Assembly: GCA_963701965.1 (NCBI GenBank)
Contig: OY969695.1
Coordinates: 512,001-576,000 of the forward strand
Direction: 5' to 3'
Length of the DNA: 64,000 bases
DNA from: an uncultured Gemmatimonadales bacterium
GTDB lineage: Bacteria > Gemmatimonadota > Gemmatimonadetes > Gemmatimonadales > Gemmatimonadaceae
Shown here: positions 32,640 through 43,145 of the stretch, one piece after another
Layout of the letters: every line of letters starts with the position of its first letter
Numbering within the stretch: the first letter of the stretch is position 1
Made by a program: the position numbers and the translations under genes
Notes under the pieces: generated by a model
Seen by the model: the letters and a program-made list of their open reading frames with translations, nothing else
What the model was told of the DNA's origin: nothing
The model's database searches: none

Positions 32640-34264
32640 ATGCGCTCCGGGGCGTGGATGCCGAGCAGGGTGAGAGCGTTGCGAATCACGAGTTGAGTGG
32701 CGCGGGCGAGGGTGAGGCGTGCGGTCTGGATGGGCTCCGGCTCGCCGAGCACGTGGTACTTATGGTACCAGTGGTGCGCGAGCTGGGCGGTCTCATGGAT
32801 GTAGGACGTGACGCGTTGCGGCTCGAGGCTCTGGGCCGCGCTCTCGACGATGCCGGGGAAATCGAGCAGCGCCTTGATGAGCTCCAACTCTTCCGGCATC
32901 GTGAGCGCGTCGAGCGCCACGACGTCGACGGCCAGCGACTCCTTGTCGATGCCCCCCACGCGAAAAATGCCGCACATGCGCGCGTGGGCCATCTGCACGT
33001 AGTAGACCGGATTCTCATCGGACTGCGCGCGCGCCAGATCGACGTCGAAGCTGAGCTGCGACTCCGACCGACGCATGAGGAAGAAGTAGCGGACGGCGTC
33101 GCGGCCGACCCACTCGATCAGGTCCTGCAGCGTGACGTAGCTGCCGGCACGCTTGGAGATCTTGACCTCCTCGCCGGCGCGCAGCACGGTCACCAGCTGA
33201 TGCAGGACGTACTCCGGATAGCCGGCGCTGATGCCGCGTCCGACGGCCTGAAGCCCCGCGCGAACCCGCGCCACGTTGCCGTGATGGTCGGACCCTTGGA
33301 CGTCGATCGCCCGATAAAAACCGCGCTCCCACTTGGTGAGGTGATAGGCGACGTCGGGAACGAAGTACGTGTACGTCCCGTCGCTCTTCCGCATCACGCG
33401 ATCCTTGTCATCCCCGAACGCGGTCGTCCGCAGCCACAGCGCGCCATCATTGGCGTAGGTGTAGCCGGACTCCTGGAGCGCCGCCACGACGCGCTCCACC
33501 GAGCCATCGGCATAGACCGAGGTCTCCAGAAAATACGTGTCGAAGTACACGCCGAACGCTTGCAGGTCCTGATCCTGCTCGGCGCGCAAGGCGCGTACGG
33601 CAAACCGCCGCACGCGCTCGGCATTGGCGCCCGATCCGTCCTCCGGATGCGCGGCGACATAGTCCTGGGCGATTTCCCGGATGTACTCGCCGTGATATCC
33701 GCCCTCGGGGATCTCGCGCGCGTCGATCCGGGCCCGGACGCTGTCGGCGAGCTTGTCGATCTGCACGCCGGCATCGTTGTAGTAGAACTCCCGCGAGACA
33801 TCCCAACCGGTCCATTCCAGCAGCCGGGCAATCGCGTCGCCGATCGCGGCCTGTCGTCCATGGCCGACGTGCAGCGGGCCGGTCGGGTTCGCCGACACGA
33901 ACTCGACGACGACCCGCTGCCCCGCTCCACCCGCGCTCCGGCCATAGGCTTCGCCCGCCGCCAGGATCCCGGCGATGCCACGCGCCAGAGCGGCCTGTTG
34001 CATCCGGAAGTTGATGAACCCGGGGCCGGCAATGTCGGCCGTCGCCACATGCGCGGCGGCCAGATCCAAGCGCGCGATCAGCGACGCGGCCACATCGCGC
34101 GGCGAGCGACCCAGCGGCTTCGCGAGCACGAGCGCCAGGTTCGTGGTCCAATCGCCGAACGCCGCATCGCGTGGGCGCTCCACGATCGGCACGACGGCGC
34201 CAGTAACGCCAAGCGAGCGCGACGCCTCAGTCAATGCGTCGCGCAGCAGATCCAGATCGGTCAT
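32636..34264 (-). CDS. argS: Arginine--tRNA ligase
   Basis: [32 protein letters not shown] and YVQMAHAR. Confidence 0.95.
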   Translation of the reverse strand: MTDLDLLRDALTEASRSLGVTGAVVPIVERPRDAAFGDWTTNLALVLAKPLGRSPRDVAASLIARLDLAAAHVATADIAGPGFINFRMQQAALARGIAGILAAGEAYGRSAGGAGQRVVVEFVSANPTGPLHVGHGRQAAIGDAIARLLEWTGWDVSREFYYNDAGVQIDKLADSVRARIDAREIPEGGYHGEYIREIAQDYVAAHPEDGSGANAERVRRFAVRALRAEQDQDLQAFGVYFDTYFLETSVYADGSVERVVAALQESGYTYANDGALWLRTTAFGDDKDRVMRKSDGTYTYFVPDVAYHLTKWERGFYRAIDVQGSDHHGNVARVRAGLQAVGRGISAGYPEYVLHQLVTVLRAGEEVKISKRAGSYVTLQDLIEWVGRDAVRYFFLMRRSESQLSFDVDLARAQSDENPVYYVQMAHARMCGIFRVGGIDKESLAVDVVALDALTMPEELELIKALLDFPGIVESAAQSLEPQRVTSYIHETAQLAHHWYHKYHVLGEPEPIQTARLTLARATQLVIRNALTLLGIHAPERM

Positions 34265-34644
34265 TCCTTGGAGGTCGACCCGCTCTTGTTGGCGGCCCGC
34301 GCACCCGTGTCGCTCGCCGGCTTGCTCTCGGCCGGCTTGCTGTCGCTCGAGCCGCTGTCGCCCGACTTGCTGTCGGATGACTTGCTGTCGGCTGACTTGC
34401 TGTCGGCTGACTTGCTCACGGACGATTTTCCGTCATTCTTCCGCTGATCCTTTTTCCCATCCTTACCGTAGTCCGTGATGTAGAAACCGGAACCCTTGAA
34501 GACGAGACCAGCCCCACCGGACATTTGGCGCTCGGCAACCAACCCGCACGTCGGGCACGGAAGGGTTTGCTCGGACTCGCTCATTTTGCGGTAGAAATGG
34601 TCGAACTCGTGGCCGCTCGGGCAACGATACCCGTAAGTTGGCAT
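34261..34644 (-). CDS. FmdB-family zinc-ribbon protein with low-complexity S/K/D tail
   Basis: [15 protein letters not shown] and [11 protein letters not shown]. Confidence 0.88.
   Translation of the reverse strand: MPTYGYRCPSGHEFDHFYRKMSESEQTLPCPTCGLVAERQMSGGAGLVFKGSGFYITDYGKDGKKDQRKNDGKSSVSKSADSKSADSKSSDSKSGDSGSSDSKPAESKPASDTGARAANKSGSTSKE
34364..34416. repeat. 15-nt tandem repeat GACTTGCTGTCGG(C/A)T, about 3.5 copies ([10 protein letters not shown]), with degenerate copies back to about 34319
   Basis: Read directly from the sequence. Confidence 0.9.
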
Positions 34645-34691
34645 GATCTTGGAACTTAGCCTGCTGTTGAGGGTGCCACCAAAAACTATCG

Positions 34692-35393
34692 ATGACCGTC
34701 ACGATACGCCACCATTGGCTCGTGCGCTTGACGCACTGGATCGCCGTCCTGGCGATCACGATCATGGTCGGGTCGGGGCTGCGCATCTTCAATGCCTACC
34801 CGGCCTTCGCCCGACGCGGTGACACGTTCTGCTGTTACCCGTTTGCGGGGCACCCCATCCCGGCCTGGCTGACGTTTGGTGGTTGGCTCGGCGGCGCCCG
34901 CCATTGGCACTTCGCCATGATGTGGCTCCTCGTCGTCGATGGCCTCGTCTATCTGACGTTCATCTATCTCCACGGCGAGTGGCGGGATCTGGTGCCCCGG
35001 CGCGGTGATCTGCGCGACGCGGTCGCCATGGTGCGGTTCTATCTCTTCCTCCGCGCCCACCATCCCAAGCAAGGCAAGCACAACGCGCTCCAGAAGGCGA
35101 CATATTTCGCGCTCCCGTGGATCGGCGTCGTCCTCGTGTTGACCGGGCTCGCCATCTGGAAGCCCGTCCAACTGGCTCCGCTCACCACGCTCTTCGGCGG
35201 ATACGTGTGGGCCCGCTACTGGCACTTCGTGGCCATGACGGCGCTCGTCGTCCTCGCCGTGGGCCATGTCTTCATGGTCTTCGCCGTCGATCCCTACTCG
35301 CTGCCGTCGATGATCACGGGGCGTTACAACGATCGCTTCTCTCCGGAGGCGCGCGACGCGCGCCCGTTCTATCATTTATGGCCGCGCCAATAG
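34692..35393 (+). CDS. Cytochrome b (Ni/Fe-hydrogenase b-type family), partner of the molybdopterin oxidoreductase
   Basis: VRLTHW, SGLRIFNAYP, RHWHF, HNALQK and RYWHF..GHVFMV (four heme His). Confidence 0.88.
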   Translation: MTVTIRHHWLVRLTHWIAVLAITIMVGSGLRIFNAYPAFARRGDTFCCYPFAGHPIPAWLTFGGWLGGARHWHFAMMWLLVVDGLVYLTFIYLHGEWRDLVPRRGDLRDAVAMVRFYLFLRAHHPKQGKHNALQKATYFALPWIGVVLVLTGLAIWKPVQLAPLTTLFGGYVWARYWHFVAMTALVVLAVGHVFMVFAVDPYSLPSMITGRYNDRFSPEARDARPFYHLWPRQ

Positions 35394-36087
35394 ATCGTCG
35401 AGGGTTTCTGGGCGCCGCCGGCGCGGCGCTCCTCGCCGCCTGTAACTCCGACGGACCCAAGGCCGCCCAGGGCCTGTTGCGATTCGCCGAGCGGCGCAAC
35501 ACCAGCGTCGAGCGTTCGCTGTTCCGCCATACGTCCATGGACATGGCCGGCGCCCACGCGCGGGATGCCGGCGCGGCGTTTCCCTCGTACTTCGTGTCCG
35601 ATACGGTGCCCATGTGGGATGAGGCCACGGCCGGCATTCTGGCGGCTCGAAGTCGGAGGGGATGGTCGCGGCGCCCCGGACGTTCACGCGCGACGATCTG
35701 GCGCGCCTGCCATCGACCACCGAGCGCGTCAACCACTACTGTGTCGAGGGCTGGACCGCGATCGCCTCGTGGACCGGTGTCCGGCTGCGCGACGTCGCGG
35801 CGCTGGTGCGTCCGGCTCCCGAGGCGCAGTACGTCGATTTTCAGTCGTTCGACAATGGCTATCACGAGTCGTGGGATTTGCCGAGTGCCATGCACCGGCA
35901 GACGCTGATCGCGTTCGGCATGGACGGGCATTGGCTCGGGCCGGCGCACGGTGGGCCGGCCCGGATCTACTCTCCCGTCAAACTCGGCTACAAGAACACC
36001 AAGTACTTGACCAAGATCCTGTTCTTGCCCGCCGCCAACGGCGGCTACTGGTCGGATCGCGGCTACGAGTGGTACGGCGGCGTTTAG
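35378..36087 (+). CDS. Tat-exported molybdopterin oxidoreductase, sulfite-oxidase/MsrP(YedY)-like (two +1 frameshifts at about 35637 and 35660)
   Basis: Tat motif DRRGFL, WRLEVGG, HYCVEGW..W.GV, HGGPAR and KLGYKNTKY, spread over three frames. Confidence 0.85.
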
Positions 36088-36587
36088 GGTGCTCGCGCGA
36101 ACGTGACAGAATAGACGACCGGCAACGGCAAGTGGGGACTGGTGATGCGCACATCTATCCGCGCGGTGGAGTCCGCGAGCGACAGGCGGCGCTCACTCTC
36201 GCCCCCGTGGGCCACCACGTGCTCGACCAACGTGTCGCCCGCGAGCCGCATGCTCACGCGGCACTCATTCCCCTCGAGATTATGCCACGTCGTCTCGCCG
36301 CCGTCGCGCGGGAGACGCGCGGGCTCTTCCTCGCCGACAAACAGCACGACCGTGTCCGCACCCGCCTCAATGCGCAAATGCGCAGGGACGGGATTCGTCG
36401 CCCGGAGCCGGCGTCGCGCGATCGGCCGCGAGATGAAGCTCATGTGCTCGACCGCGTGATCGATCGCGGCGTGAATGTCATCGCTGGCCGACAGGACATA
36501 GGCGTACGCGCCGGGCGCCGCCGCGCCTTGCGCCGAGACACCCCCGGCCAAGCACAGCGCGGCACCGATGCCCCCGCACCGGATCAC
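36084..36587 (-). CDS. Hypothetical secreted protein
   Basis: GTGA overlap with the mutase stop; signal peptide; DDIHAAIDHAV.HMSFISRPIARRRL. Confidence 0.55.
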   Translation of the reverse strand: MIRCGGIGAALCLAGGVSAQGAAAPGAYAYVLSASDDIHAAIDHAVEHMSFISRPIARRRLRATNPVPAHLRIEAGADTVVLFVGEEEPARLPRDGGETTWHNLEGNECRVSMRLAGDTLVEHVVAHGGESERRLSLADSTARIDVRITSPHLPLPVVYSVTFARAP

Positions 36588-38155
36588 GTGTCCCTGAATC
36601 GCCCCCATTCGCCCTGCAGCGTATCGGAAATCTCGCCGACGGATGCCCGCGCCCGGACCGCATTGATGATCAGGGACATGAGTGGGCCCTGCGCGCGCGC
36701 CGCGGTCCGGAGCGCCGCGAGCGCCGATTGAACGGCGGTGGCGTCGCGCTGCGCGCGGACCGCCGTCAGGCGCGCGACTTGGTCGCGTTCGAGCGCCGAA
36801 AAATCGGGAGCCGGGATCGGGGGAAAATCCGAATCGTCGGTGAAGACGTTCACGCCGACCACTGGGGCGTCGCCGCGCTCCACCCGAAGTTGATATTCGT
36901 AGGCGCTTCGGCCGATCTCGTCCTGGAAGAACCCGGCCGCAATGGCGGCGACGGCGCCGCCGAGCTCATCCACGCGGGCCATGAGCGCGACCGCCTGCCG
37001 CTCCAGCTCCGTCGTCAGATGCTCGACGTAATAACTGCCGGCCAAGGGGTCCACCGTCTGGGCGACGCCTGACTCGTACGCCACGATCTGCTGCGTGCGG
37101 AGCGCGAGCGTCGCCGCCTGCGCGGTGGGCAGGGCCAACGCCTCGTCATAGCCGTTGGTGTGCAACGACTGCGTCCCACCGAGGGTCGCGGCCAGCGTTT
37201 GCACCGCCACCCGCACGACGTTGTTGAGCGGCTGCTGCGCCGTCAGCGTCACACCGCCCGTCTGCGTGTGAAAGCGGAGCCGGCCGGCGGCGTCGCTCGC
37301 ACGGAACCGCTCGCGCATCAGGCGGGCGTAGATCCGCCGGGCGGCGCGGAATTTGGCGACTTCCTCGAACAGGTCATTGTGGGCCGCAAAGAAAAACGAC
37401 AGGCGCGGCGCGAACTTCTCGACGTCGACTCCGCTGGCGATGACCGTCGCGATATACGCGATGGCGTTGGCGAATGTGAACGCCAGCTCCTGAACAGCCG
37501 TCGCGCCGGCTTCCCGAATATGATAGCCCGAGATGGAGATCGGATTCCATCCCGGAACCTGGTCGGCGCAGAAGCGCACCACGTCGGCGACGAGCGCCAG
37601 GCTGGGTCGCGGCGGATAGATGTAGGTCCCGCGGGCGATGTACTCCTTCAGCACATCGTTCTGGACCGTCCCGCTGATCTTCGCCCGGGGCACGCCGCGC
37701 TCCTCGGCGGCGACGATGTACATGGCCAGCAGGGTGCTGGCCGTCGCGTTGATCGTCATCGAGGTCGAGACCGTGTCGAGCGGGACCTCGGCGAGCAGCG
37801 CGTGCATGTCCTCGACGGTGTCGATCGCCACACCGACCCGGCCGACTTCGCCCGCGGCGCGGGGCGAGTCGGAGTCGATGCCCATCTGCGTGGGCAGGTC
37901 AAACGCGACGGAGAGGCCGGTCTGGCCCGCGGCAAGCAACAGGCGGAAGCGGGCGTTCGTCTCGGCGGCGGTGCCGAAGCCGGCGTATTGGCGCATCGTC
38001 CACAACCGCCCGCGGTACATCGTCGGCTGGATGCCGCGGGTAAACGGAAACTGCCCCGGATCGGCTAGATCGTGCGCGTAGTCGAGGGGGGGATCCGCGG
38101 GTCGATAGACTGGCGCGATGGGCAGGCCGGACGGCGTCGTGTGGGTATCACGCAC
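36584..38155 (-). CDS. Methylmalonyl-CoA mutase family, N-terminal (substrate-binding) subunit
   Basis: [42 protein letters not shown] and GGTQSLHTN; no B12-binding DxHxxG domain. Confidence 0.92.
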   Translation of the reverse strand: MRDTHTTPSGLPIAPVYRPADPPLDYAHDLADPGQFPFTRGIQPTMYRGRLWTMRQYAGFGTAAETNARFRLLLAAGQTGLSVAFDLPTQMGIDSDSPRAAGEVGRVGVAIDTVEDMHALLAEVPLDTVSTSMTINATASTLLAMYIVAAEERGVPRAKISGTVQNDVLKEYIARGTYIYPPRPSLALVADVVRFCADQVPGWNPISISGYHIREAGATAVQELAFTFANAIAYIATVIASGVDVEKFAPRLSFFFAAHNDLFEEVAKFRAARRIYARLMRERFRASDAAGRLRFHTQTGGVTLTAQQPLNNVVRVAVQTLAATLGGTQSLHTNGYDEALALPTAQAATLALRTQQIVAYESGVAQTVDPLAGSYYVEHLTTELERQAVALMARVDELGGAVAAIAAGFFQDEIGRSAYEYQLRVERGDAPVVGVNVFTDDSDFPPIPAPDFSALERDQVARLTAVRAQRDATAVQSALAALRTAARAQGPLMSLIINAVRARASVGEISDTLQGEWGRFRDT

Positions 38156-39182
38156 CGACGGCGCTCAAACGCGCGCCGAGCAACTCCCGGGCGATCGCGA
38201 CCTCGTCTTTGCTGCCGATGAAGAGCGGCGTGCGTTGGTGCAGCTCGGTCGGGACAATGTCGAGGACCTCGCCCGTCCCGTCGAATGCGGCGCCCCCCGC
38301 CTGCTCGCAAATAAAGGCCAACGGGTTGGCCTCATAGAGGAGGCGCAGCTTGCCCCGCCGATACTGCGCGTTCGACGGATAGGCGAACAAGCCCCCGCCC
38401 AGCAAGTTCCGGTGAAAGTCGGCGACGAGCGATCCGACGTAGCGCCCGGACAACGGTTTCCGCTTGCCATCGAGACCGCGATAGCGGCGCATGAGCGCGC
38501 GCGTGGGTTCATCCCACTGTTGCTCGTACGAGTCGTTGACCGAGAGATAACGACCGCGCGCCGGAGTCGTGATGTCGGGATGGGATAGCAGGAACTCTCC
38601 AATCGATGGATCGAGCGTGAATCCGTGCACGCCCTGACCGGTGCTATAGACGAGCATCGTGCTCGACCCATAGATGACGTAGCCGGCCGCCACCTGGGAC
38701 CGGCCGGTCTGCAACATGTCCGTGAGGTCGCCGCGGGCGCCGTGGGAAACCTTGCGCAACACCGAGAAGATGGTGCCCACGGGCACGTTGACGTCGATGT
38801 TCGACGATCCGTCGAGCGGATCGAACACGATGACGTACTTGCCGGCGGGAAACCCATTGGGGATGGGGATGATGTCCGGCTCCTCTTCCGAGGCCATGGC
38901 CGCCAACCGCCCACCGTGGTCCAGCGCCTTGATGAGAATGTCGTTCGCCAGCACGTCGAGCTTCTGCTGAGTCTCGCCTTGCACGTTGATCGCCGCCGTC
39001 GCGCCGAGCACGTCGGCCAGTCCCGCGCTCCGGACCTTGTTGGCGATCAACTTCGCGGCCAGCGCGAGGTCGTAGAGAATGCCCGACAGCTCGCCCGTCG
39101 CCTGCGGATACAGGCGCTCCTGCTCGATGATGTAGCGCTCGATCGTCACGACCGACGTATCGGTGTGGTGAACCACGGGCAC
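38148..39182 (-). CDS. fbp: Class 1 fructose-1,6-bisphosphatase
   Basis: [35 protein letters not shown] and GKLRLLYE. Confidence 0.95.
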   Translation of the reverse strand: MPVVHHTDTSVVTIERYIIEQERLYPQATGELSGILYDLALAAKLIANKVRSAGLADVLGATAAINVQGETQQKLDVLANDILIKALDHGGRLAAMASEEEPDIIPIPNGFPAGKYVIVFDPLDGSSNIDVNVPVGTIFSVLRKVSHGARGDLTDMLQTGRSQVAAGYVIYGSSTMLVYSTGQGVHGFTLDPSIGEFLLSHPDITTPARGRYLSVNDSYEQQWDEPTRALMRRYRGLDGKRKPLSGRYVGSLVADFHRNLLGGGLFAYPSNAQYRRGKLRLLYEANPLAFICEQAGGAAFDGTGEVLDIVPTELHQRTPLFIGSKDEVAIARELLGARLSAVGA

Positions 39183-39188
39183 CTCCGG

Positions 39189-39461
39189 TTAGCGAATCGC
39201 CCCGTGATGGGGCTTCCTGGCGATCCTCCGCATTGCGTCGAGCACGATCACGGCCAACTCGGCCTGCGCCTGATCACCACTGAGGGTGACCCGCGTGATC
39301 GCCGATCCTAGCGCGTCGCCCACAATGTAGCGCGGGCGGGCCTGATTCAAGGCGTAGGTGATGACATCGTCGCGGCAACGGTCGCAGGAGCAGAACTCCG
39401 GGTGCGACGGCCGCAGCGAATCATAGGCGGCACGCACGGCGTCTTCGAGCGCGTTGATCAC
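39189..39461 (-). CDS. ComFB-family protein
   Basis: MINALE..V, CSCDRCRDDV..YALN..PRY and C-terminal KPHH. Confidence 0.8.
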   Translation of the reverse strand: MINALEDAVRAAYDSLRPSHPEFCSCDRCRDDVITYALNQARPRYIVGDALGSAITRVTLSGDQAQAELAVIVLDAMRRIARKPHHGAIR

Positions 39462-40792
39462 GCGACCGGCAGGGCACGCGGTGAGCCGACGATCTCGCCG
39501 GTAAACGTCGAGCCGGTGGTGCCCGTCAGACGCACGCGATAGTAGTGCCCCAGCTCCGCGGCATCGGCGCGCAGCACGACGGTCTTGAAGTCGCGCGTCC
39601 GCGCCTGGATCGCCCCATCGCGGCGCGCGACCCGCTCGGCCAGCACTTCGTGCTCCGTCCCCAGCAATACCATATTCCGCCGCCGGCTGCCGCCCCGCAC
39701 GACCCCGATCAAGCGCGTCAACCGGTCGCTGGCGACCGCGTCGGGCACGCTGTCCTCGGGCGGAAAGCGCGTGGCCGCGGTTCCCTCGCGGGGCGAGAAC
39801 TTGAACGTGTACGCATCATCGAACCCGATCTCGCCGACCAGATCGAGCGTGTCCTGAAAATCCTGCTCCGTCTCACCCGGAAATCCGACGATCACGTCCG
39901 TGGTCAGCGCCAATCCGGGGATGGCGCGGCGCAGGCGCGCGACGCAATCCCGGTACGACACCGGGGTATACCGGCGCAGCATCCGGCGGAGCGTCCGCTC
40001 CGATCCCGACTGCATCGGCAGGTGCACATGCTCGCAGACCGCCGGCACGTCGGCCAGCGCATCGATCACGCGATCGCTGAAGTCGTTGGGGTGCGGGCTC
40101 GTGAACCGGAGCCGGCGCAGGCCAGGCACGGCACCCACCGCCCGCAGCAGATCGGCGAAATCGTGCGTGCCGTCGTGATAGGAATTGACGGTCTGGCCGA
40201 GCAGGACGATCTCCGACATCCCCTGGGCCACGATATCGTGGGCTTCGCGCACGACGTCGCTCAGGCGGCGGCTCCGCTCCGGGCCCCGCGTCGTGGGGAC
40301 GATGCAGTACGTGCACCGGTAGTCGCAGCCGCGTTGCACGGGCACCCAGGCTTTGACGCCATCGGCGCGGCGCGGCGAAAAGTCTTCGTAATGCTCGTCG
40401 AGATCGAACTCCGTGGCCGTCGTCCGTATCCCGCGGCGGGCGCCGTCGAGGAGCTCGGGCAGCGCGCGATAGCCGTCGGGACCGATGACGAGACTCACAT
40501 GCGGCGCCCGCTCCAACAGCACGGGGCCGAGGCGTTGGGCCATGCAACCCGTGACGCCGAGTATCGCGCCCGGCGCCATATGGCGCTTCAACTCGCCCAA
40601 CCGCCCCACGACCCGCTGCTCCGCATGGTCGCGGATGGCGCACGTGTTGACGAGGATCACATCGGCGCCGTCGGGTCCGTCGACCGGACGATAGCCGGAT
40701 GCCGCCAGCTTCCCGAGCATCAGCTCGGAGTCGCTCGCGTTCATCTGGCAACCGTATGTCTCGACGTAAACGGTGGGCCGCTCATCCATCAT
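39458..40792 (-). CDS. miaB: tRNA-2-methylthio-N6-dimethylallyladenosine synthase
   Basis: TYGCQMNASDS, NTCAIR, GCMAQ, CDYRCTYC, TSPHP and IVGFPGET. Confidence 0.95.
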   Translation of the reverse strand: MMDERPTVYVETYGCQMNASDSELMLGKLAASGYRPVDGPDGADVILVNTCAIRDHAEQRVVGRLGELKRHMAPGAILGVTGCMAQRLGPVLLERAPHVSLVIGPDGYRALPELLDGARRGIRTTATEFDLDEHYEDFSPRRADGVKAWVPVQRGCDYRCTYCIVPTTRGPERSRRLSDVVREAHDIVAQGMSEIVLLGQTVNSYHDGTHDFADLLRAVGAVPGLRRLRFTSPHPNDFSDRVIDALADVPAVCEHVHLPMQSGSERTLRRMLRRYTPVSYRDCVARLRRAIPGLALTTDVIVGFPGETEQDFQDTLDLVGEIGFDDAYTFKFSPREGTAATRFPPEDSVPDAVASDRLTRLIGVVRGGSRRRNMVLLGTEHEVLAERVARRDGAIQARTRDFKTVVLRADAAELGHYYRVRLTGTTGSTFTGEIVGSPRALPVA

Positions 40793-40815
40793 CAGCCCCA
40801 AACTTAAGGCAAACG

Positions 40816-41988
40816 CTACGCCGTCACCACGGGAAATTCCGCCGTCTGCGGCGCTTGGGGCAAGAGGATGTGGAAAGCGCTGCCCTGGCCCTCGGCGCTC
40901 TGGACCCAGATACGGCCACCGTGCTGCTCGACCACCAGGCGGCAAAACGTGAGACCGAGACCGGAGCTGCCCACGCGCGGCGCGTGGGGCACGCGGACCT
41001 GCTCGAACTTGCGAAAGATCAGCTCGTGATACTGCGGTGGAATCCCCGGGCCGTCATCGGCGACCGTGAACAGCACGCCCGACGGATCGCGGCGCGCCGT
41101 GAGCCGCAGCGTGACCGCGTGCGCCGAGTGGGTCAGCGCGTTTTGCACGAGATTGGCGAACACGCGCTTGAGGAGTCCCCGGTCGGCCTCGAACAGGGCC
41201 AGATCGTCGCTCACGTCGATCGTCGCCTTGGCGCCGTCCTGTTGGAAGCGCACCGCCCACTCGTTGAGCACCTCGGACAGGAGGTCGGCGGGCGAGATCG
41301 ACTCCAGGGACAGCGGCACCGCGGCTTCCTCGATCTTGGCGATCTCCAGCAGATCCTCGATCAGCCGAAGGAGATCCTGCGCCTTGCCATCGGCGTCGGC
41401 GACCATCCCGCGCTGGTCGTCGCTCAACCGCCCCAGATCCCCGTCGAGCAACAACTCCAAGCTGGCCAGGATCGAAGTGAGCGGCGTCTTGAGATCGTGC
41501 ACGATCATCTTCATGAGATCGTCGCGAATCTTCTCCAGCTCGCGCAGCTTGCGATAGCTGTCCTCGAGCGCGTCGGTCGCCGCTTTGAGCCGGAGCAGAC
41601 TGCGGACGCGCGCGCCGAGGACGAGGCGGTTGTGGGGCTTGGTGAGAAAATCGTCCCCGCCCGCCTCGATCGCCTTCACGCGATCCGACGTGTCGTTGAG
41701 AGCCGTGACGAAGATCACCGGAATGCGCGCCGTGCGCGGGTCGCGCTTGAGGCGGCGGCACACCTCGAACCCCGTCGAGCGGTCATCCACACCGAGATCG
41801 CCGGCCGGCATGGACACGTCGAAGATGCAGAGATCGGGATGGTGCGTGAAGCATCCCGCCAGCGCCGACGGCCCATCGAGCGCGGCTACCGTCCGGTATC
41901 CGAGCGCGTGCAGCTGGTCGAACAGCAACTCGACATTGGCCGGCACGTCATCCGCGACGAGGATCAGCGGCGCGGGCGCTTCGGTCAC
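40816..41988 (-). CDS. Hybrid receiver-histidine kinase (REC-HisKA-HATPase)
   Basis: LVADD..D..MP..FVTA..DFLTKP, HDLKTPL, NLVQNA, DDGPG and GLGL. Confidence 0.9.
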   Translation of the reverse strand: MTEAPAPLILVADDVPANVELLFDQLHALGYRTVAALDGPSALAGCFTHHPDLCIFDVSMPAGDLGVDDRSTGFEVCRRLKRDPRTARIPVIFVTALNDTSDRVKAIEAGGDDFLTKPHNRLVLGARVRSLLRLKAATDALEDSYRKLRELEKIRDDLMKMIVHDLKTPLTSILASLELLLDGDLGRLSDDQRGMVADADGKAQDLLRLIEDLLEIAKIEEAAVPLSLESISPADLLSEVLNEWAVRFQQDGAKATIDVSDDLALFEADRGLLKRVFANLVQNALTHSAHAVTLRLTARRDPSGVLFTVADDGPGIPPQYHELIFRKFEQVRVPHAPRVGSSGLGLTFCRLVVEQHGGRIWVQSAEGQGSAFHILLPQAPQTAEFPVVTA

Positions 41989-43145
41989 GGGCGTAACGTC
42001 ACGCCGACGCTCAAGATGAACCCGCTCTGCGAGACGCCGGCGGCCGGGGTGAGCGACTGATGCATGAGCGACACATCGATGTTCGAGCGATTGCCGAGCA
42101 GCGGGATGCCGAGACCCCCGCTCAAGTCCGTCTCCCGGATCACCGTCGCGTCGAGGACGTAGGGCAGCGGGCGGTTCCCGCCGCCGAGACGGATCGTCAC
42201 ATTGCGTTGCGCGCCCAACCGCGGCCCGACGAGATCCACGCCTACGCTCCAGCCCGTGCCGCTCTGCGCCACGAGATTGGTCTGTCCGATCTCGTTCAAG
42301 CGCGACCATCCCTCCCAATCGACGCGCCCCGAGACCAGGAGTCCCGTCACGGGGTTCAGGAGAATCGCGCCGCCCACGCGGTCCGGGACCCGACCGCGCG
42401 CCACCTCGGCCGAATCGCCCTCGCGCACGCCGATTTCGCCGCCATTCCGGAAGGAGCCGGCCAGACCCAGCCAGTGCGTGGGGCGCACGGTGATGCCGCC
42501 CGAATACCCAATACCACTGTAACTCAGAGAATTCTTGAATTGGGACTGCGTGGTCTGATTGAGCACGGTATCATCGAGCACGACGGTCTGCACCAGCCGG
42601 TTTTCGCCGGTAAAGAGGTCGAGTCCGGCGCCCACGGCCAGCCAGGAGCCGAACGCCCAGGCGCCGGCCAGACGGATGTCATTGATGGCGCCGGTCGACT
42701 GGACCGTCTCCGTCGCCGTGGTTGGCCTCGTCGGATCGGTGAAGTTGGCGACCGTGCTCGTCTGCGACACCTGGAACGTGCGATCAAGGAGCGTCGACCA
42801 GGACAGCGCCACCGCCCCGTGTCCCAAAATCGGACCGCTCAACAAAGCCAGCGGAAAACGCGAAATCGTCGAATTCTCGTGCGTCTTCCCCACCGTCACG
42901 GACTGGAACTCGGGATCGTACTGGAAATGCAGCTGGAGCGCGCGGTCCGAGGCCAGCGCGGCGGGGTTGATCGGGGACTGGGCATCGAACTCGCCAAACG
43001 CGCCCGCCGACCCGATCGACCGCGTGCTCAACTGGCCGGGCGGATACCCGAACCCTTGCGTGCTGAGATTGCCCTGCGCCGCGAGCGGAGCGGCGGCAAC
43101 GACGACGAGGGCAGCGGTCACACGCAGCATCGCGAAGAGTCTCAT
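41985..43145 (-). CDS. Outer-membrane beta-barrel, FadL/TodX-like
   Basis: Signal peptide, S.G.G N-terminal plug, NPA motif (INPAAL) and amphipathic strands. Confidence 0.6.
   Translation of the reverse strand: MRLFAMLRVTAALVVVAAAPLAAQGNLSTQGFGYPPGQLSTRSIGSAGAFGEFDAQSPINPAALASDRALQLHFQYDPEFQSVTVGKTHENSTISRFPLALLSGPILGHGAVALSWSTLLDRTFQVSQTSTVANFTDPTRPTTATETVQSTGAINDIRLAGAWAFGSWLAVGAGLDLFTGENRLVQTVVLDDTVLNQTTQSQFKNSLSYSGIGYSGGITVRPTHWLGLAGSFRNGGEIGVREGDSAEVARGRVPDRVGGAILLNPVTGLLVSGRVDWEGWSRLNEIGQTNLVAQSGTGWSVGVDLVGPRLGAQRNVTIRLGGGNRPLPYVLDATVIRETDLSGGLGIPLLGNRSNIDVSLMHQSLTPAAGVSQSGFILSVGVTLRP

Noticed and set aside
34319..34416. Short repeats as a possible CRISPR array
   Set aside because: They are contiguous in-frame coding repeats with no spacers, and no cas genes are present.
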